DNA of 64,000 nucleotides from Clostridia bacterium (GTDB lineage: Bacteria > Bacillota > Clostridia > Oscillospirales > CAG-272): assembly GCA_024405755.1 (NCBI GenBank), contig JAKSOD010000001.1, positions 85,039 through 149,038 of the forward strand. Reading direction: 5' to 3'. A program made the translations under genes and the position numbers. The notes below the pieces were generated by a model that did no database searches, was not told the origin of the DNA, and saw only the letters and a program-made list of their open reading frames with translations. Shown piece after piece: positions 18,635 to 28,078 of the stretch. Positions within the stretch are counted from its first letter, which is position 1. The number at the start of each line of letters is the position of its first letter.

Positions 18635-18805
18635 ATGTTAATTTTATTTTTGGATTATTTTCTTAAATATTATTCTCCTGCCACGGGAGACGACAGTAAG
18701 CCGTGGTTATACGGAATTATCGCCGGGGTTATGCTTATTGCGGGAATTGTATTCATGATCATCAGCCGACGACGACATTCATCCGACGACGATAATGACG
18801 AATAA
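18635..18805 (+). CDS. Small membrane protein whose sequence reads like a bare sortase sorting signal
   Basis: ATG 18635 follows GAGGT. SPATG, then a hydrophobic helix (WLYGIIAGVMLIAGIVFMII), then SRRR. Whether it is coding is uncertain. Confidence 0.35.
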   Translation: MLILFLDYFLKYYSPATGDDSKPWLYGIIAGVMLIAGIVFMIISRRRHSSDDDNDE

Positions 18806-18862
18806 TGAACAAGACAGATATAAATAAATTTCACACGAAAGAATAAACAGTAAGGAAAAAAC

Positions 18863-20587
18863 ATGCAGACATTCAAAAAAACAATCGCAAAAAAAATCAG
18901 CGAAGCGGTGCCGCAGTTATTTGCCGGTGTAACTCTTGACTCTGAAACGGTTGATAAAATGCTGGAATACCCGCCTGACGCATCAATGGGGGATATCGCA
19001 TTGCCGTGCTTTAAACTCAGCAAGACGCTGCGTCGTTCTCCCGTTCAGATTGCACTTGCGCTTGAGTCCGCTTTTGAGGCGAAAAACGAAGCGGAGGTCA
19101 GTGCAAAGGCACTCAACGGTTATCTTAATTTTACCGTTTCGGACGCGGCTCTCGCGTCACAGACTCTGAATGCCATTCTTACAGAGGGGGAAAAGTACGG
19201 CTCTCCCGATATCGGTAAAGGCAAAACAGTTGTTCTCGACTATTCCTCACCGAACGTAGCAAAACCCTTCCATATTGGTCATCTCGGGACTACCGTGATC
19301 GGTCACTCGCTGAGGAAACTTCATGAATTTGCAGGATATAAGTGTGTCGGTATAAATCACCTTGGTGACTGGGGAACTCAGTTCGGAAAACTTATTGTTG
19401 CTTTCCGCAAATGGGGAAGCCGCGAAGAGATAGAGGCGGGAGGAATCGACAAACTTGTTGAACTTTACGTCAGATTTCATAAAGAAGCTGAGGATGATCC
19501 CGAACTCAACGATCAGGCTCGTGCCGAATTTACAAAACTCGAACATCATGATCCCGATAATATCGAACTCTGGAAATGGTTTATCAAAATAAGTCTTGAA
19601 GAATATTCGAAGACATACCGTCAGCTCGATATTGAATTTGATTCCTACAACGGAGAGAGTTTCTACACGGACAAAATGCCGGCGCAGGTTGAAAAACTTC
19701 GAGAGGCAGGTCTTCTGAAACTTGATGACGGTGCTTCCATTGTCGATCTTTCAGAATATAATATGCCGCCATGCCTGATACTCAAACGTGACGGATCTAC
19801 CCTATATCCTACACGTGACATTGCCGCTGCGGCTTACCGTCATGACACATACGATTTTGAAAAGTGCATTTACGTTACGTCATCTGCACAGTCACTGCAT
19901 TTTGCTCAGTGGTTCAAGGTCGTGGAGCTTATGGGATATCCGTGGTATGATAAACTTGTTCACGTTCCTTACGGGACTGTCAGTATCAACGGTGCCAAAC
20001 TCGCCACCCGTACGGGAAACGTGATTTTACTGAAAGATCTGCTTGCGCAGGCAATAGAAAAGGTCTCGCAGATAACAGCAGAGAAAAATCCCGATATGGA
20101 TGAAGATAAACGCGCAAAGATCGCCGAGGAAGTCGGTGTCGGAGCAGTTGTGTTCTATTATCTGTCAAATAATCGGATTAAAGATATCAACTTTATGCTT
20201 GAAGACGCTCTGTCGTATGAGGGAAATACAGGTCCGTACGTTCAGTACACATATGCCCGTACATGTTCTGTATTGAAACAAGCAAAAGGACTTAAAACCA
20301 ATTCGGAATTCAAGGTTACGGCACCTGAAGAACACGAACTGCTGAAAGCTCTTTCGGTTTTCCCCGAGCGCGTCCTTGCAGCACTCGAAGCCTATGAGCC
20401 TTCATACATCACACGTTATATTCTTGATCTTGCGGCTTCGTTCAACAGATTTTATCATAACTGCCAGATCCTCACGGATCCCGACAGCGAAGTTGTAAAC
20501 ACGCGTCTTGCGCTTACCGAAGCGACCAAAACCGTTCTCGGTACTGCATTTGGTCTGATCTGTCTGAAAAAAACCGAACAGATCTGA
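18863..20587 (+). CDS. argS: Arginine--tRNA ligase
   Basis: Class I HIGH motif (PFHIGHLGTTVIG), 574 aa, and a typical ArgS anticodon-binding C-terminus. Confidence 0.9.
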   Translation: MQTFKKTIAKKISEAVPQLFAGVTLDSETVDKMLEYPPDASMGDIALPCFKLSKTLRRSPVQIALALESAFEAKNEAEVSAKALNGYLNFTVSDAALASQTLNAILTEGEKYGSPDIGKGKTVVLDYSSPNVAKPFHIGHLGTTVIGHSLRKLHEFAGYKCVGINHLGDWGTQFGKLIVAFRKWGSREEIEAGGIDKLVELYVRFHKEAEDDPELNDQARAEFTKLEHHDPDNIELWKWFIKISLEEYSKTYRQLDIEFDSYNGESFYTDKMPAQVEKLREAGLLKLDDGASIVDLSEYNMPPCLILKRDGSTLYPTRDIAAAAYRHDTYDFEKCIYVTSSAQSLHFAQWFKVVELMGYPWYDKLVHVPYGTVSINGAKLATRTGNVILLKDLLAQAIEKVSQITAEKNPDMDEDKRAKIAEEVGVGAVVFYYLSNNRIKDINFMLEDALSYEGNTGPYVQYTYARTCSVLKQAKGLKTNSEFKVTAPEEHELLKALSVFPERVLAALEAYEPSYITRYILDLAASFNRFYHNCQILTDPDSEVVNTRLALTEATKTVLGTAFGLICLKKTEQI

Positions 20588-20653
20588 TCGATTATTAACA
20601 AGTATTAAAAAATTGTATTAAAAAAATAATTCATATAAAAGAGGTACAAAGCA

Positions 20654-21385
20654 ATGTCCGGACACAGCAAATGGAGCAACATCAAACACAAAAAAGAAAA
20701 GACCGATGCCCAAAAGGCAAAGGTATTTACCAAAATTGGTAAAGAAATTACAATAGCCGTCAAAGAAGGCGGTCCCGATCCCGTTTCCAATTCAAAACTC
20801 CGTGATCTTATTCAGAAAGCAAAAGCCAACAACGTTCCCAACGACAATATTGACCGCACCATAAAAAAGGCTGCCGGAGCTGAAAACGTCAACTACGAAG
20901 AGATCACCTACGAGGGCTACGGTCCTTCCGGTGTAGCCGTTATCGTTGAGACTACTACTGACAACCGCAACCGTACAGCAGGCAACGTCCGCGCATACTT
21001 CAATAAGTATCACGGTAATCTCGGTCAGTCCGGCTGCGTCGGATTTATGTTTGACGAAAAGGGTGTAATCGAGATTTCAGATGAAGACAATGACGTTGAT
21101 GAGGATTCCCTTATGGAAACCGCTCTCGAGGCCGGGGCAGCTGATTTTGTTGCCGATGACGGTTTGTATACAATTTATACTGAACCTGATGATCTTCTTT
21201 CTGTTGTTGAAGAACTTGAAAAGGCAGGTTACAAGCCGAGTTCTGCCGATAAGGCGAAAGTACCCCAGACAACCGTTGCTCTTGAAAATGAGGATGATAT
21301 AAAGTTTATGGGTCTTCTTATTGATATGCTTGAAGAAGATGACGATGTCATGAACGTCTATCACAACTGGGAGAACGCGGACTGA
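20654..21385 (+). CDS. yebC: YebC/PmpR family DNA-binding regulator
   Basis: MSGHSKWSNIKHKKEKTDAQKAKVFTKIGKEI is the invariant family N-terminus. Confidence 0.9.
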   Translation: MSGHSKWSNIKHKKEKTDAQKAKVFTKIGKEITIAVKEGGPDPVSNSKLRDLIQKAKANNVPNDNIDRTIKKAAGAENVNYEEITYEGYGPSGVAVIVETTTDNRNRTAGNVRAYFNKYHGNLGQSGCVGFMFDEKGVIEISDEDNDVDEDSLMETALEAGAADFVADDGLYTIYTEPDDLLSVVEELEKAGYKPSSADKAKVPQTTVALENEDDIKFMGLLIDMLEEDDDVMNVYHNWENAD

Positions 21386-21468
21386 TCGTTATAAAGATGT
21401 GAAAAGCAGAGTATTAAGGCAAACAAACTTAGTTCAGGTCAAAAGATCGGAGATCGCGTGAATTCGGA

Positions 21469-22911
21469 ATGAGTATGCAGGGAATCAACAGATACAAGAG
21501 ATTGCTGTCAAATACAGCTATATTTGCGGTAGGCACGTTTGCTTCCAAATTGATGGTCTACCTTCTAATGCCGTTATATACAAGATGCCTGCTCCCGGCT
21601 GAGTCTTCAACTGCGGATCTGATCACAAGTACCGCAAATCTTCTGATGCCGCTTGCTACGATAGGCATGTGTGACGGGATCTTCCGTTTTGCATTGGATG
21701 CCGGAGATAAAAAGAAAGAAGTTTTTTCTTCGGGAATGGCAATGCTATGCGTGGGCTCCATAGGTTTTCTTGCTTTGTCACCTCTGCTTTTCATTTTTGA
21801 TTTTGTTGACGGTTACAGTGCACTTATTGTTGTGTATGTTCTGTCGGCAAATTTTCAGTATGCCTGCGCGAGTTATGTTCGTGCACTCGGTTTTACAAAA
21901 GTATACGCTTTACAAGGGATAATAAATACGGGACTTACTATCCTGTTCAATGTTGTTTTCCTTGTGGTATTTGATATGGGGGTATTGGGGTACGTTCTTT
22001 CTGTCGTGATCGCCAATATCATTGTTATGGGAATTCTTATCGTCTGGAAAAAACTGTATCTTGACTTCAGTTTTTCTTTTGTAACCAAGCAGACGGTAAT
22101 GGATCTTCTGAAATACAGCGTCCCGCTTATCCCCACGCAGACTATGTGGTTTCTGACCAGCCTTACGGACAGACTTCTGGTAAAAGAGTACTGCGGAGAC
22201 GCTGTAAACGGACTGTTTGTTTATTCATATAAGATTCCGACTGTTCTGTCTCTGCTTACAACTATTTTTATTGAAGCGTGGCAGTTTTCGGCTGTAAATG
22301 ACGCCGATGACCGTGACCGCGGACAGTTTTTCGGTAATGTGTTCAACAGTTATATGGGCATAATATTTATGGCGTCCTCGGGACTTATTGCTTTTGCGAA
22401 AGTCTTTACGAAGATTCTCCTCGCGGAGAGTTACTACGGCGCATGGGAATATATGCCGACTCTGATTGTTGCAACCGCTTTCTCGGCATTTGCAACATTT
22501 ATGGGCAGTGTATATCTGGTAAACAAGAAAAGTGTACTTTCTTTCGCAACATCTGCGACAGGGGCACTGATAAACATTGCTTTATCGTGGTCACTTGCTC
22601 CCGATGCCGGTGTACAGGGTGTTGCAGTTGCAACAATATTCAGTTATCTGTCTGTTTTCATTATCAGAACGGTGAATACCAAACACTACGTTCCTTTTAG
22701 CATTCATCCGGTAAAACTGACCGTAAACACAATTCTTGTTGCTGCACAGAGTTTTATTATGATCAAGGAGTATCCCGGATGGATCTTCTGGCAAATCGGT
22801 TTCCTTGCAGTTATTCTTGCTTTTAACGGAAAACCTATTTTTGAGGGAATAATGATGGCATTGAAAAATAAAGTGCCAGCACTTGGCAGACAAAAAAAGG
22901 AAAACTTATAA
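21469..22911 (+). CDS. Polysaccharide biosynthesis / MOP-superfamily flippase
   Basis: About 14 TM segments. The N-terminus LLSNTAIFAVGTFASKLMVYLLMPLYTRCL is typical of the Polysacc_synt family. Confidence 0.7.
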   Translation: MSMQGINRYKRLLSNTAIFAVGTFASKLMVYLLMPLYTRCLLPAESSTADLITSTANLLMPLATIGMCDGIFRFALDAGDKKKEVFSSGMAMLCVGSIGFLALSPLLFIFDFVDGYSALIVVYVLSANFQYACASYVRALGFTKVYALQGIINTGLTILFNVVFLVVFDMGVLGYVLSVVIANIIVMGILIVWKKLYLDFSFSFVTKQTVMDLLKYSVPLIPTQTMWFLTSLTDRLLVKEYCGDAVNGLFVYSYKIPTVLSLLTTIFIEAWQFSAVNDADDRDRGQFFGNVFNSYMGIIFMASSGLIAFAKVFTKILLAESYYGAWEYMPTLIVATAFSAFATFMGSVYLVNKKSVLSFATSATGALINIALSWSLAPDAGVQGVAVATIFSYLSVFIIRTVNTKHYVPFSIHPVKLTVNTILVAAQSFIMIKEYPGWIFWQIGFLAVILAFNGKPIFEGIMMALKNKVPALGRQKKENL

Positions 22912-22916
22912 AAAAG

Positions 22917-22956
22917 CACCGGCGTGAAAACAAGAAAATTTCACGTCGGTGTTTTT
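22917..22956. terminator. Bidirectional terminator between the flippase and HAD genes
   Basis: 13-bp stem CACCGGCGTGAAA / TTTCACGTCGGTG (one G.U), with an A5 tract before it and a T5 tract after it. Confidence 0.7.
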
Positions 22957-22962
22957 GAATTT

Positions 22963-23667
22963 TTAAAGAAGAAATGCAAGTTTCTGCGGAAGATTGCGGT
23001 ATTTGTCGATCTCAACATAGTCAAGACCACCTAAACGTATGTGACTGTCTCCTCCGCCGTCTGCGAAGTCGTCACCGACGTAAAGTATTTCATCACGGGA
23101 AAATCCGTTTTCACTTGCGTAAGTCATGACAGCGTCGTATTTGTTATATTTTTTTGCGGTAAAGTCAAAAGAAGAAGATCCTCCAATAAATACCGTATAA
23201 TCAGGAAAAAGTGCGCAAACTTCAGGATAGATTATGCGGCGTTTTGCTCTGTCCGGATCAAAAGCAAGTTTGTCTTCAATAAGAGCTTTAGTTCCGAGAA
23301 AGGGAAAAGTGACCATGCCTGACGGATGAAACTCAACGGATTCTCCGCGGTATTCGGTGTAACCGTATTTTTCTCGTATCATATTCATGGTCTTCAAAAA
23401 ATACTCCCGGTCGGGTTTGGTTGTGGTGGTGCGCAATAGACGGAATTCACCGTCAATAACGGTACTCTGCTGCATACCGTAGTTTCCTACAATATCAATG
23501 GGGTAACCTTCCATTTGTTTATAGATTCTCTCACAGGTACCGGCACCGATCATTGCAAGATGATATTTCTGTCCGAGGAGATCAAGAAACCTGCGATTCT
23601 GTTCTTCAAGATTTGTACGGTGATTTGACAGTGTTCCGTCAAGATCGAAGCAAATAAGTTTTTTCAT
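22963..23667 (-). CDS. HAD-superfamily hydrolase
   Basis: Start moved to MKKLICFDLDGTL (motif I DxDGT) with AAGGA upstream. GDDFADGGGD is motif IV. Confidence 0.75.
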   Translation of the reverse strand: MKKLICFDLDGTLSNHRTNLEEQNRRFLDLLGQKYHLAMIGAGTCERIYKQMEGYPIDIVGNYGMQQSTVIDGEFRLLRTTTTKPDREYFLKTMNMIREKYGYTEYRGESVEFHPSGMVTFPFLGTKALIEDKLAFDPDRAKRRIIYPEVCALFPDYTVFIGGSSSFDFTAKKYNKYDAVMTYASENGFSRDEILYVGDDFADGGGDSHIRLGGLDYVEIDKYRNLPQKLAFLL

Positions 23668-23782
23668 TTTTATCCTTAATAAATCTTTCTTTGTATAACC
23701 GAGTTTTATTTTGCAGACCACCGACATACGTGCATATTCACTTTTGCCGCCTCGATTTATCAAGTATTTTATATATATATAT

Positions 23783-23811
23783 ATTATATAATATTTTTTT
23801 GTGATTTTCAA
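23783..23811 (-). promoter_or_regulatory. Sigma-A type promoter candidate for the HAD gene
   Basis: Minus strand: TTGAAA, 17 nt, TATAAT. The -10 abuts a (TA)7 run. Confidence 0.45.
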
Positions 23812-23831
23812 GTTCTGAGCAAGTATTTTGC

Positions 23832-23860
23832 TTGAATTTTTTGTCAAACCGTGATATAAT
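23832..23860 (+). promoter_or_regulatory. Sigma-A type promoter candidate for the thioesterase-metF-metH operon
   Basis: TTGAAT, 17 nt, TATAAT, with TG at the extended -10 position. Confidence 0.5.
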
Positions 23861-23875
23861 AGCAAAAATAAGGTA

Positions 23876-24709
23876 ATGAAAGATGGTGACGCTGCGTTGA
23901 TTGATGAAAAAGCACTCATCCATACTTTAAAATTCGATATTTCAATGTATAACTCTGACGGAATCATCTATCCTTCGGCATATCAGAAACTGACAATGAA
24001 TATGATCGAGGAACATCTGGACTTACTGAATATGGGTCAGAAAACTCTGATGTCAGACTCCGGGGTTTCGTGGGTATTGCTGTATAACTGTATTGAGTTT
24101 GTCAGAAGAATAACGCCGGAAGATAAACTGACCGCACGAACGTGGCATTCCGAGTGTAAAGCACCGATATTCAGGCGGGATTTTGCATTTCACGGAGAAA
24201 ACGGAGAAAAGACAGCCGTCGGAGCTACTTTGTCAACACTATTTGATTATAAGATACGACGCGTGTGTACAGATTTGAAGAGTTATTCCCGGATAGCACT
24301 TCCGGAAGGAATAAAGCTGCTTGATATTGAACGAAGATTTGTTCCTCCGAAGGAAACGGAGATTGCAGACAGATGTCTGGCACGTCCGTCAATGACAGAC
24401 GGTATCGGTCACGTGAATAATACGCGCTATTCTGATTTTGTTTACGATGCTATGACACGGGATGAACGTGCAAGATTGTCGGATCTGTGCAGAATGGATT
24501 CGTGGTTCTTTTCCGAATTGCGTGCGGGGGATGAATTTGAGATAAGACGTTCGCCTGAAAAAGAAAATACTTCGGTATGGCTCGGAATAAAAGCAGGGGA
24601 TATCAAACCATGCTTTGCAGTGAGATTCATATTTAAAAATCAAAATAAAGATAAGGAAACAGTCGGTTCCACGACGGGATGTGAGGGTATAGATCATGAA
24701 AATAAGTGA
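23876..24709 (+). CDS. Acyl-ACP thioesterase family protein (double hot-dog)
   Basis: VSWVLLYNCIEFVRRITPEDKLTARTW...FRRDF, and GHVNNTRYSDFVYDA in the second half. Confidence 0.65.
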   Translation: MKDGDAALIDEKALIHTLKFDISMYNSDGIIYPSAYQKLTMNMIEEHLDLLNMGQKTLMSDSGVSWVLLYNCIEFVRRITPEDKLTARTWHSECKAPIFRRDFAFHGENGEKTAVGATLSTLFDYKIRRVCTDLKSYSRIALPEGIKLLDIERRFVPPKETEIADRCLARPSMTDGIGHVNNTRYSDFVYDAMTRDERARLSDLCRMDSWFFSELRAGDEFEIRRSPEKENTSVWLGIKAGDIKPCFAVRFIFKNQNKDKETVGSTTGCEGIDHENK

Positions 24710-25571
24710 AATAATCGCAGGCGGGAAGCAAACTCTTTCTTATGAGGTATTTCCCCCGAAAACAACAGATAAATTTGATTCGGTAAAGTCCGCTACTGAA
24801 AAGATTGCTGCAATGCAGCCCGATTATATGAGTGTTACTTTCGGTGCGGGAGGATCGGGATCAAGATTCACTCTTCCTATTGCTGCAAATATTGAAAAAA
24901 ATTACGGTGTCCCGGTTATTCATCACCTGACCTGTGTCGGATCTGCATTTGATCAGATCAAAAATATGCTTGATGTAATGCGTGAAAACGGTATCAGCAA
25001 TGTTCTCGCGCTTCGCGGCGATGTTCCCGACGGAGCCGATCCGTCTGAATGGGCTTTCCAACACGCCTCCGATCTTGTGGAATACATACGTTCAAGAGGA
25101 GACTTCTGCATAGGCGGTGCCTGTTATCCGGAGGGACATCCTGAGTCTGCAAGTATTGAAGAGGATCTCTGCAACCTGAGGAGAAAAGTAGATGCGGGAT
25201 GTGATTTCCTGACTACGCAGCTTTTCCTTGATAACGATATTTTTTTCCGTTTTATGGAACGTGTTTACGCACATGGTATTTTCGTACCCGTGATTGCAGG
25301 TATTATGCCGATAACCAAAGCAAAACAATTTGCAAGGATAGAAACTCTTTCGGGATCTGAGATTCCGGCTGAACTGATCCGTATCGGCAATGTGTATGCC
25401 GACGATCCCGTGTCAATGCGAAAAGCAGGTCTTGATTACGCCAAATCGCAGATCAGATCGCTCATTGACCACGGAGTAAAGAACATCCATATTTATACAA
25501 TGAATGACCCGGAAGTTGCAGAAGATATCAAGGCGGATTATTTTGACTATGCTCTCGGAGGAAAAGCCTGA
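24696..25571 (+). CDS. metF: 5,10-methylenetetrahydrofolate reductase
   Basis: LSYEVFPPKT N-terminus, ALRGD and LTTQLFLD motifs. Overlaps the thioesterase gene by 14 nt. Confidence 0.85.
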   Translation: MKISEIIAGGKQTLSYEVFPPKTTDKFDSVKSATEKIAAMQPDYMSVTFGAGGSGSRFTLPIAANIEKNYGVPVIHHLTCVGSAFDQIKNMLDVMRENGISNVLALRGDVPDGADPSEWAFQHASDLVEYIRSRGDFCIGGACYPEGHPESASIEEDLCNLRRKVDAGCDFLTTQLFLDNDIFFRFMERVYAHGIFVPVIAGIMPITKAKQFARIETLSGSEIPAELIRIGNVYADDPVSMRKAGLDYAKSQIRSLIDHGVKNIHIYTMNDPEVAEDIKADYFDYALGGKA

Positions 25572-27946
25572 TGAAGTCTTTTTCGGAGTGTCTCGGCAGA
25601 AAATTACTGGTTTGCGACGGTGCTTACGGCACTATGCTGCGCACCGCTTGCGACGAGGAAAACTGCCGTGGTGAATTACTCTCCGTTCTTCGCCCCGATA
25701 CTGTGCGGGATCTTCATATCCGATATCTTGATGCCGGAGCAGATATTATCAGTACCGATACCTTTGGTGCCAATGAATTCAATTATCCCGATCAAGGAGA
25801 ATATAGGCTTGAAAATGTTATACGAGCTTCGGTCACTGTCGCTCGTGAGGCTGTTGATTCATACGGGAGCGGTGCATTTGTTGCACTTGATATAGGTCCG
25901 ACGGGAAAACTTGTCGGAGAAAACGGGGATCTTGATTTTGAAGATGCCGTAAAAGTATTTTCGCGTGTTGTAAAAGCAGGGAAATATGGATGTGATCTTG
26001 TCCTTCTTGAAACTTTCGGATCTCTTGCAGAGACTCGTGCGGCTTTGCTTGCAGTAAAAGAGAACTGCGATCTTCCTGTTGTTGTAACGAACGTATACGG
26101 ATCCGACGGAAGGACTTTCACGGGATCCGGAGTGGACGCAATGTGTACCGTTCTTGAAGGAATGGGTGCTGATGCCGTAGGAATGAACTGCTCGATAGGT
26201 CCTGCCGAAATGGTAAAACTTCTGCCGGAGTTTATTGAAAATACGTCTTTGCCTATTGCAGTAAATCCAAATGCAGGACTGCCGCACACAGACTGCTGCG
26301 GGAACGACTGTTATGATGTTACTGCCTCTGAATTTGCTGCCGAAATGCTGAAAATGGCAGAAGGCGGTGCTGCTATTCTTGGCGGGTGCTGCGGAACAAC
26401 TCCTGAGTATATTGCCGAACTTAAACGAGCAATCAAAGGACTCGGTTACAAAAAGCACAGCAGGCGGGGTGTCTGTGTTGTTTCATCCGAAACACGTACC
26501 CGCATTATCGGAAATAAGGACGATTTCACAGTAATCGGTGAAAGAATAAATCCGACCGGAAAACCTAAACTCAAAGCTGCATTGCGTGAAAACAACATTG
26601 ATTATCTTATCGCCGAAGCGCATAAGCAGATCGCTGCAGGTGCTGATATCCTTGATGTCAACGTGGGACTTCCCGAAATTGATGAATCATCGATGCTTAC
26701 GCAGGTTGTCGGCAGACTTCAATCGGTGACAGACGTCCCTCTGCAGCTTGATTCATCGTCTTCCGATGCCATGGAAAATGCCCTGCGCAGGTATAACGGG
26801 AAAGCACTTGTCAATTCTGTTAACGGAAGCGAGTCTTCAATGACTTCGATACTGCCGCTTGCCGCAAAATACGGAGGAGTTGTCGTTGCACTTACACTTG
26901 ACGAAAAAGGGATCCCGGATGATCCCGAAGAACGGTTTCGAATTGCAGAACGAATAGTTAACCGAGCCGCTGAGTACGGCATTTCAAAATATAATATAAT
27001 CGTTGATCCGTTGACTCTTACTCTCGGTGCGGATCCCGAGGCTGCCGATAAGACTCTCGTGGCAATGAAAATGATACGGGAAAGGCTCGGTGTTCCTTGC
27101 TCTCTCGGCGTCTCAAATATTTCATTCGGTCTTCCCGACAGAGAAAAAATCAACTGTGATTTTCTTTGTGACGCTATGCGATCGGGGCTTGACGCAGCGA
27201 TTATGAATCCTTGTGTTGAGAGTATGATGTCTGCGGCAAGACGAAATTCCACGGGAGGCGGATTGGGCGGAACCGAGCAGACTGCCCGGCTCGGACTCGG
27301 AGACAACAAAGGACTTGATCCGGAAAACCTCAGCGACTGCGTACGCGGAGGAATGAAAGGAAAAGCACTTGAACTTGCCTGTGCTGAATGTACTCGCAGA
27401 GATCCCAATGAAATCATTTCGGAATTCATAATTCCTGCACTTGAACGAGTCGGTGCTGATTTTGAAACCGGAAAAATCTTTTTGCCGGGACTTCTTGCGT
27501 CAGCAGACGCAGCAATTTCCGCGCTATCTGTTGTAACGGAAACAATGGAAAAGCAGGGAAGTAATAAACTCAAGAATAAAGGAAAAGTTGTTCTTGCGAC
27601 AGTTGAAGGCGACGTACATGACATAGGTAAGAATATAGTTGCGGTAATGCTGAGAAGTTACGGATTCGACGTAATTGACCTCGGACGGGATGTACCTGCT
27701 GAACGAGTGCTGTCTGCTGCACGTGAAAGCGGTACGAGGCTTGTCGGACTTTCAGCACTTATGACGACCACTTTGCCTTCAATGGAAAAGACCATAAGTC
27801 TTCTTAATACTGAACTTCCCGGAGTGAAGACCGTAGTCGGAGGAGCGGTGCTGACTGAGGAATATGCTGCAAGAATTCATGCGGACAGGTATTCTCCCGA
27901 CGCTATGGCAACTGTAAAGTTTGCGCGTGAGATATACGGCGAATAA
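25571..27946 (+). CDS. metH: Methionine synthase, short form (Hcy-binding, pterin-binding and B12-binding domains; no reactivation domain)
   Basis: GGCCGTTPEYI (Hcy S-methyltransferase domain), a pterin-binding middle, and the GDVHDIGKNIV DxHxxG cobalamin motif. It is 791 aa and ends after the B12 domain. Confidence 0.85.
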   Translation: MKSFSECLGRKLLVCDGAYGTMLRTACDEENCRGELLSVLRPDTVRDLHIRYLDAGADIISTDTFGANEFNYPDQGEYRLENVIRASVTVAREAVDSYGSGAFVALDIGPTGKLVGENGDLDFEDAVKVFSRVVKAGKYGCDLVLLETFGSLAETRAALLAVKENCDLPVVVTNVYGSDGRTFTGSGVDAMCTVLEGMGADAVGMNCSIGPAEMVKLLPEFIENTSLPIAVNPNAGLPHTDCCGNDCYDVTASEFAAEMLKMAEGGAAILGGCCGTTPEYIAELKRAIKGLGYKKHSRRGVCVVSSETRTRIIGNKDDFTVIGERINPTGKPKLKAALRENNIDYLIAEAHKQIAAGADILDVNVGLPEIDESSMLTQVVGRLQSVTDVPLQLDSSSSDAMENALRRYNGKALVNSVNGSESSMTSILPLAAKYGGVVVALTLDEKGIPDDPEERFRIAERIVNRAAEYGISKYNIIVDPLTLTLGADPEAADKTLVAMKMIRERLGVPCSLGVSNISFGLPDREKINCDFLCDAMRSGLDAAIMNPCVESMMSAARRNSTGGGLGGTEQTARLGLGDNKGLDPENLSDCVRGGMKGKALELACAECTRRDPNEIISEFIIPALERVGADFETGKIFLPGLLASADAAISALSVVTETMEKQGSNKLKNKGKVVLATVEGDVHDIGKNIVAVMLRSYGFDVIDLGRDVPAERVLSAARESGTRLVGLSALMTTTLPSMEKTISLLNTELPGVKTVVGGAVLTEEYAARIHADRYSPDAMATVKFAREIYGE

Positions 27947-27995
27947 AAAAACTGATTCAGCGAATACTGAAAATAAAGACAATTTTATATTTTGG

Positions 27996-28025
27996 TTGGC
28001 TGACACACTGCGGGGTGTCAGCCAA
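27996..28025. terminator. Hairpin after metH (terminator candidate, no U-tract)
   Basis: 11-bp perfect stem TTGGCTGACAC / GTGTCAGCCAA with an 8-nt loop. Confidence 0.45.
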
Positions 28026-28026
28026 C

Positions 28027-28055
28027 TTGACAAAAAACGCATTTTGGTTTATAAT
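28027..28055 (+). promoter_or_regulatory. Consensus sigma-A promoter for copA-copZ
   Basis: TTGACA, 17 nt, TATAAT. Both hexamers are perfect. Confidence 0.6.
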
Positions 28056-28078
28056 AATTCCGTATGGAGGAGATACAA

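Noticed and set aside
18806-18862. T-box leaders were considered upstream of argS and of proBA (58509-58554).
   Set aside because: The leaders are only about 45-57 nt, far too short for a T-box. No specifier or T-box sequence is seen.
23770-23784. A (TA)7 microsatellite lies in the divergent HAD/thioesterase promoter region.
   Set aside because: It lies downstream of the HAD -10, in the leader, not in a promoter spacer. It is AT-rich intergenic low complexity, so phase variation is unlikely.
25792-27624. Long minus-strand ORFs (165, 199 and 301 aa) lie inside metH.
   Set aside because: They are Ser/Pro/Arg-rich antisense artefacts of a well-supported gene, with no start context.
28027-28078. 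A CsoR or CopY operator was looked for at the copA promoter.
   Set aside because: I saw no GC-rich CsoR-type dyad and no TACAnnTGTA box, and there is no repressor gene nearby. Nothing can be called.
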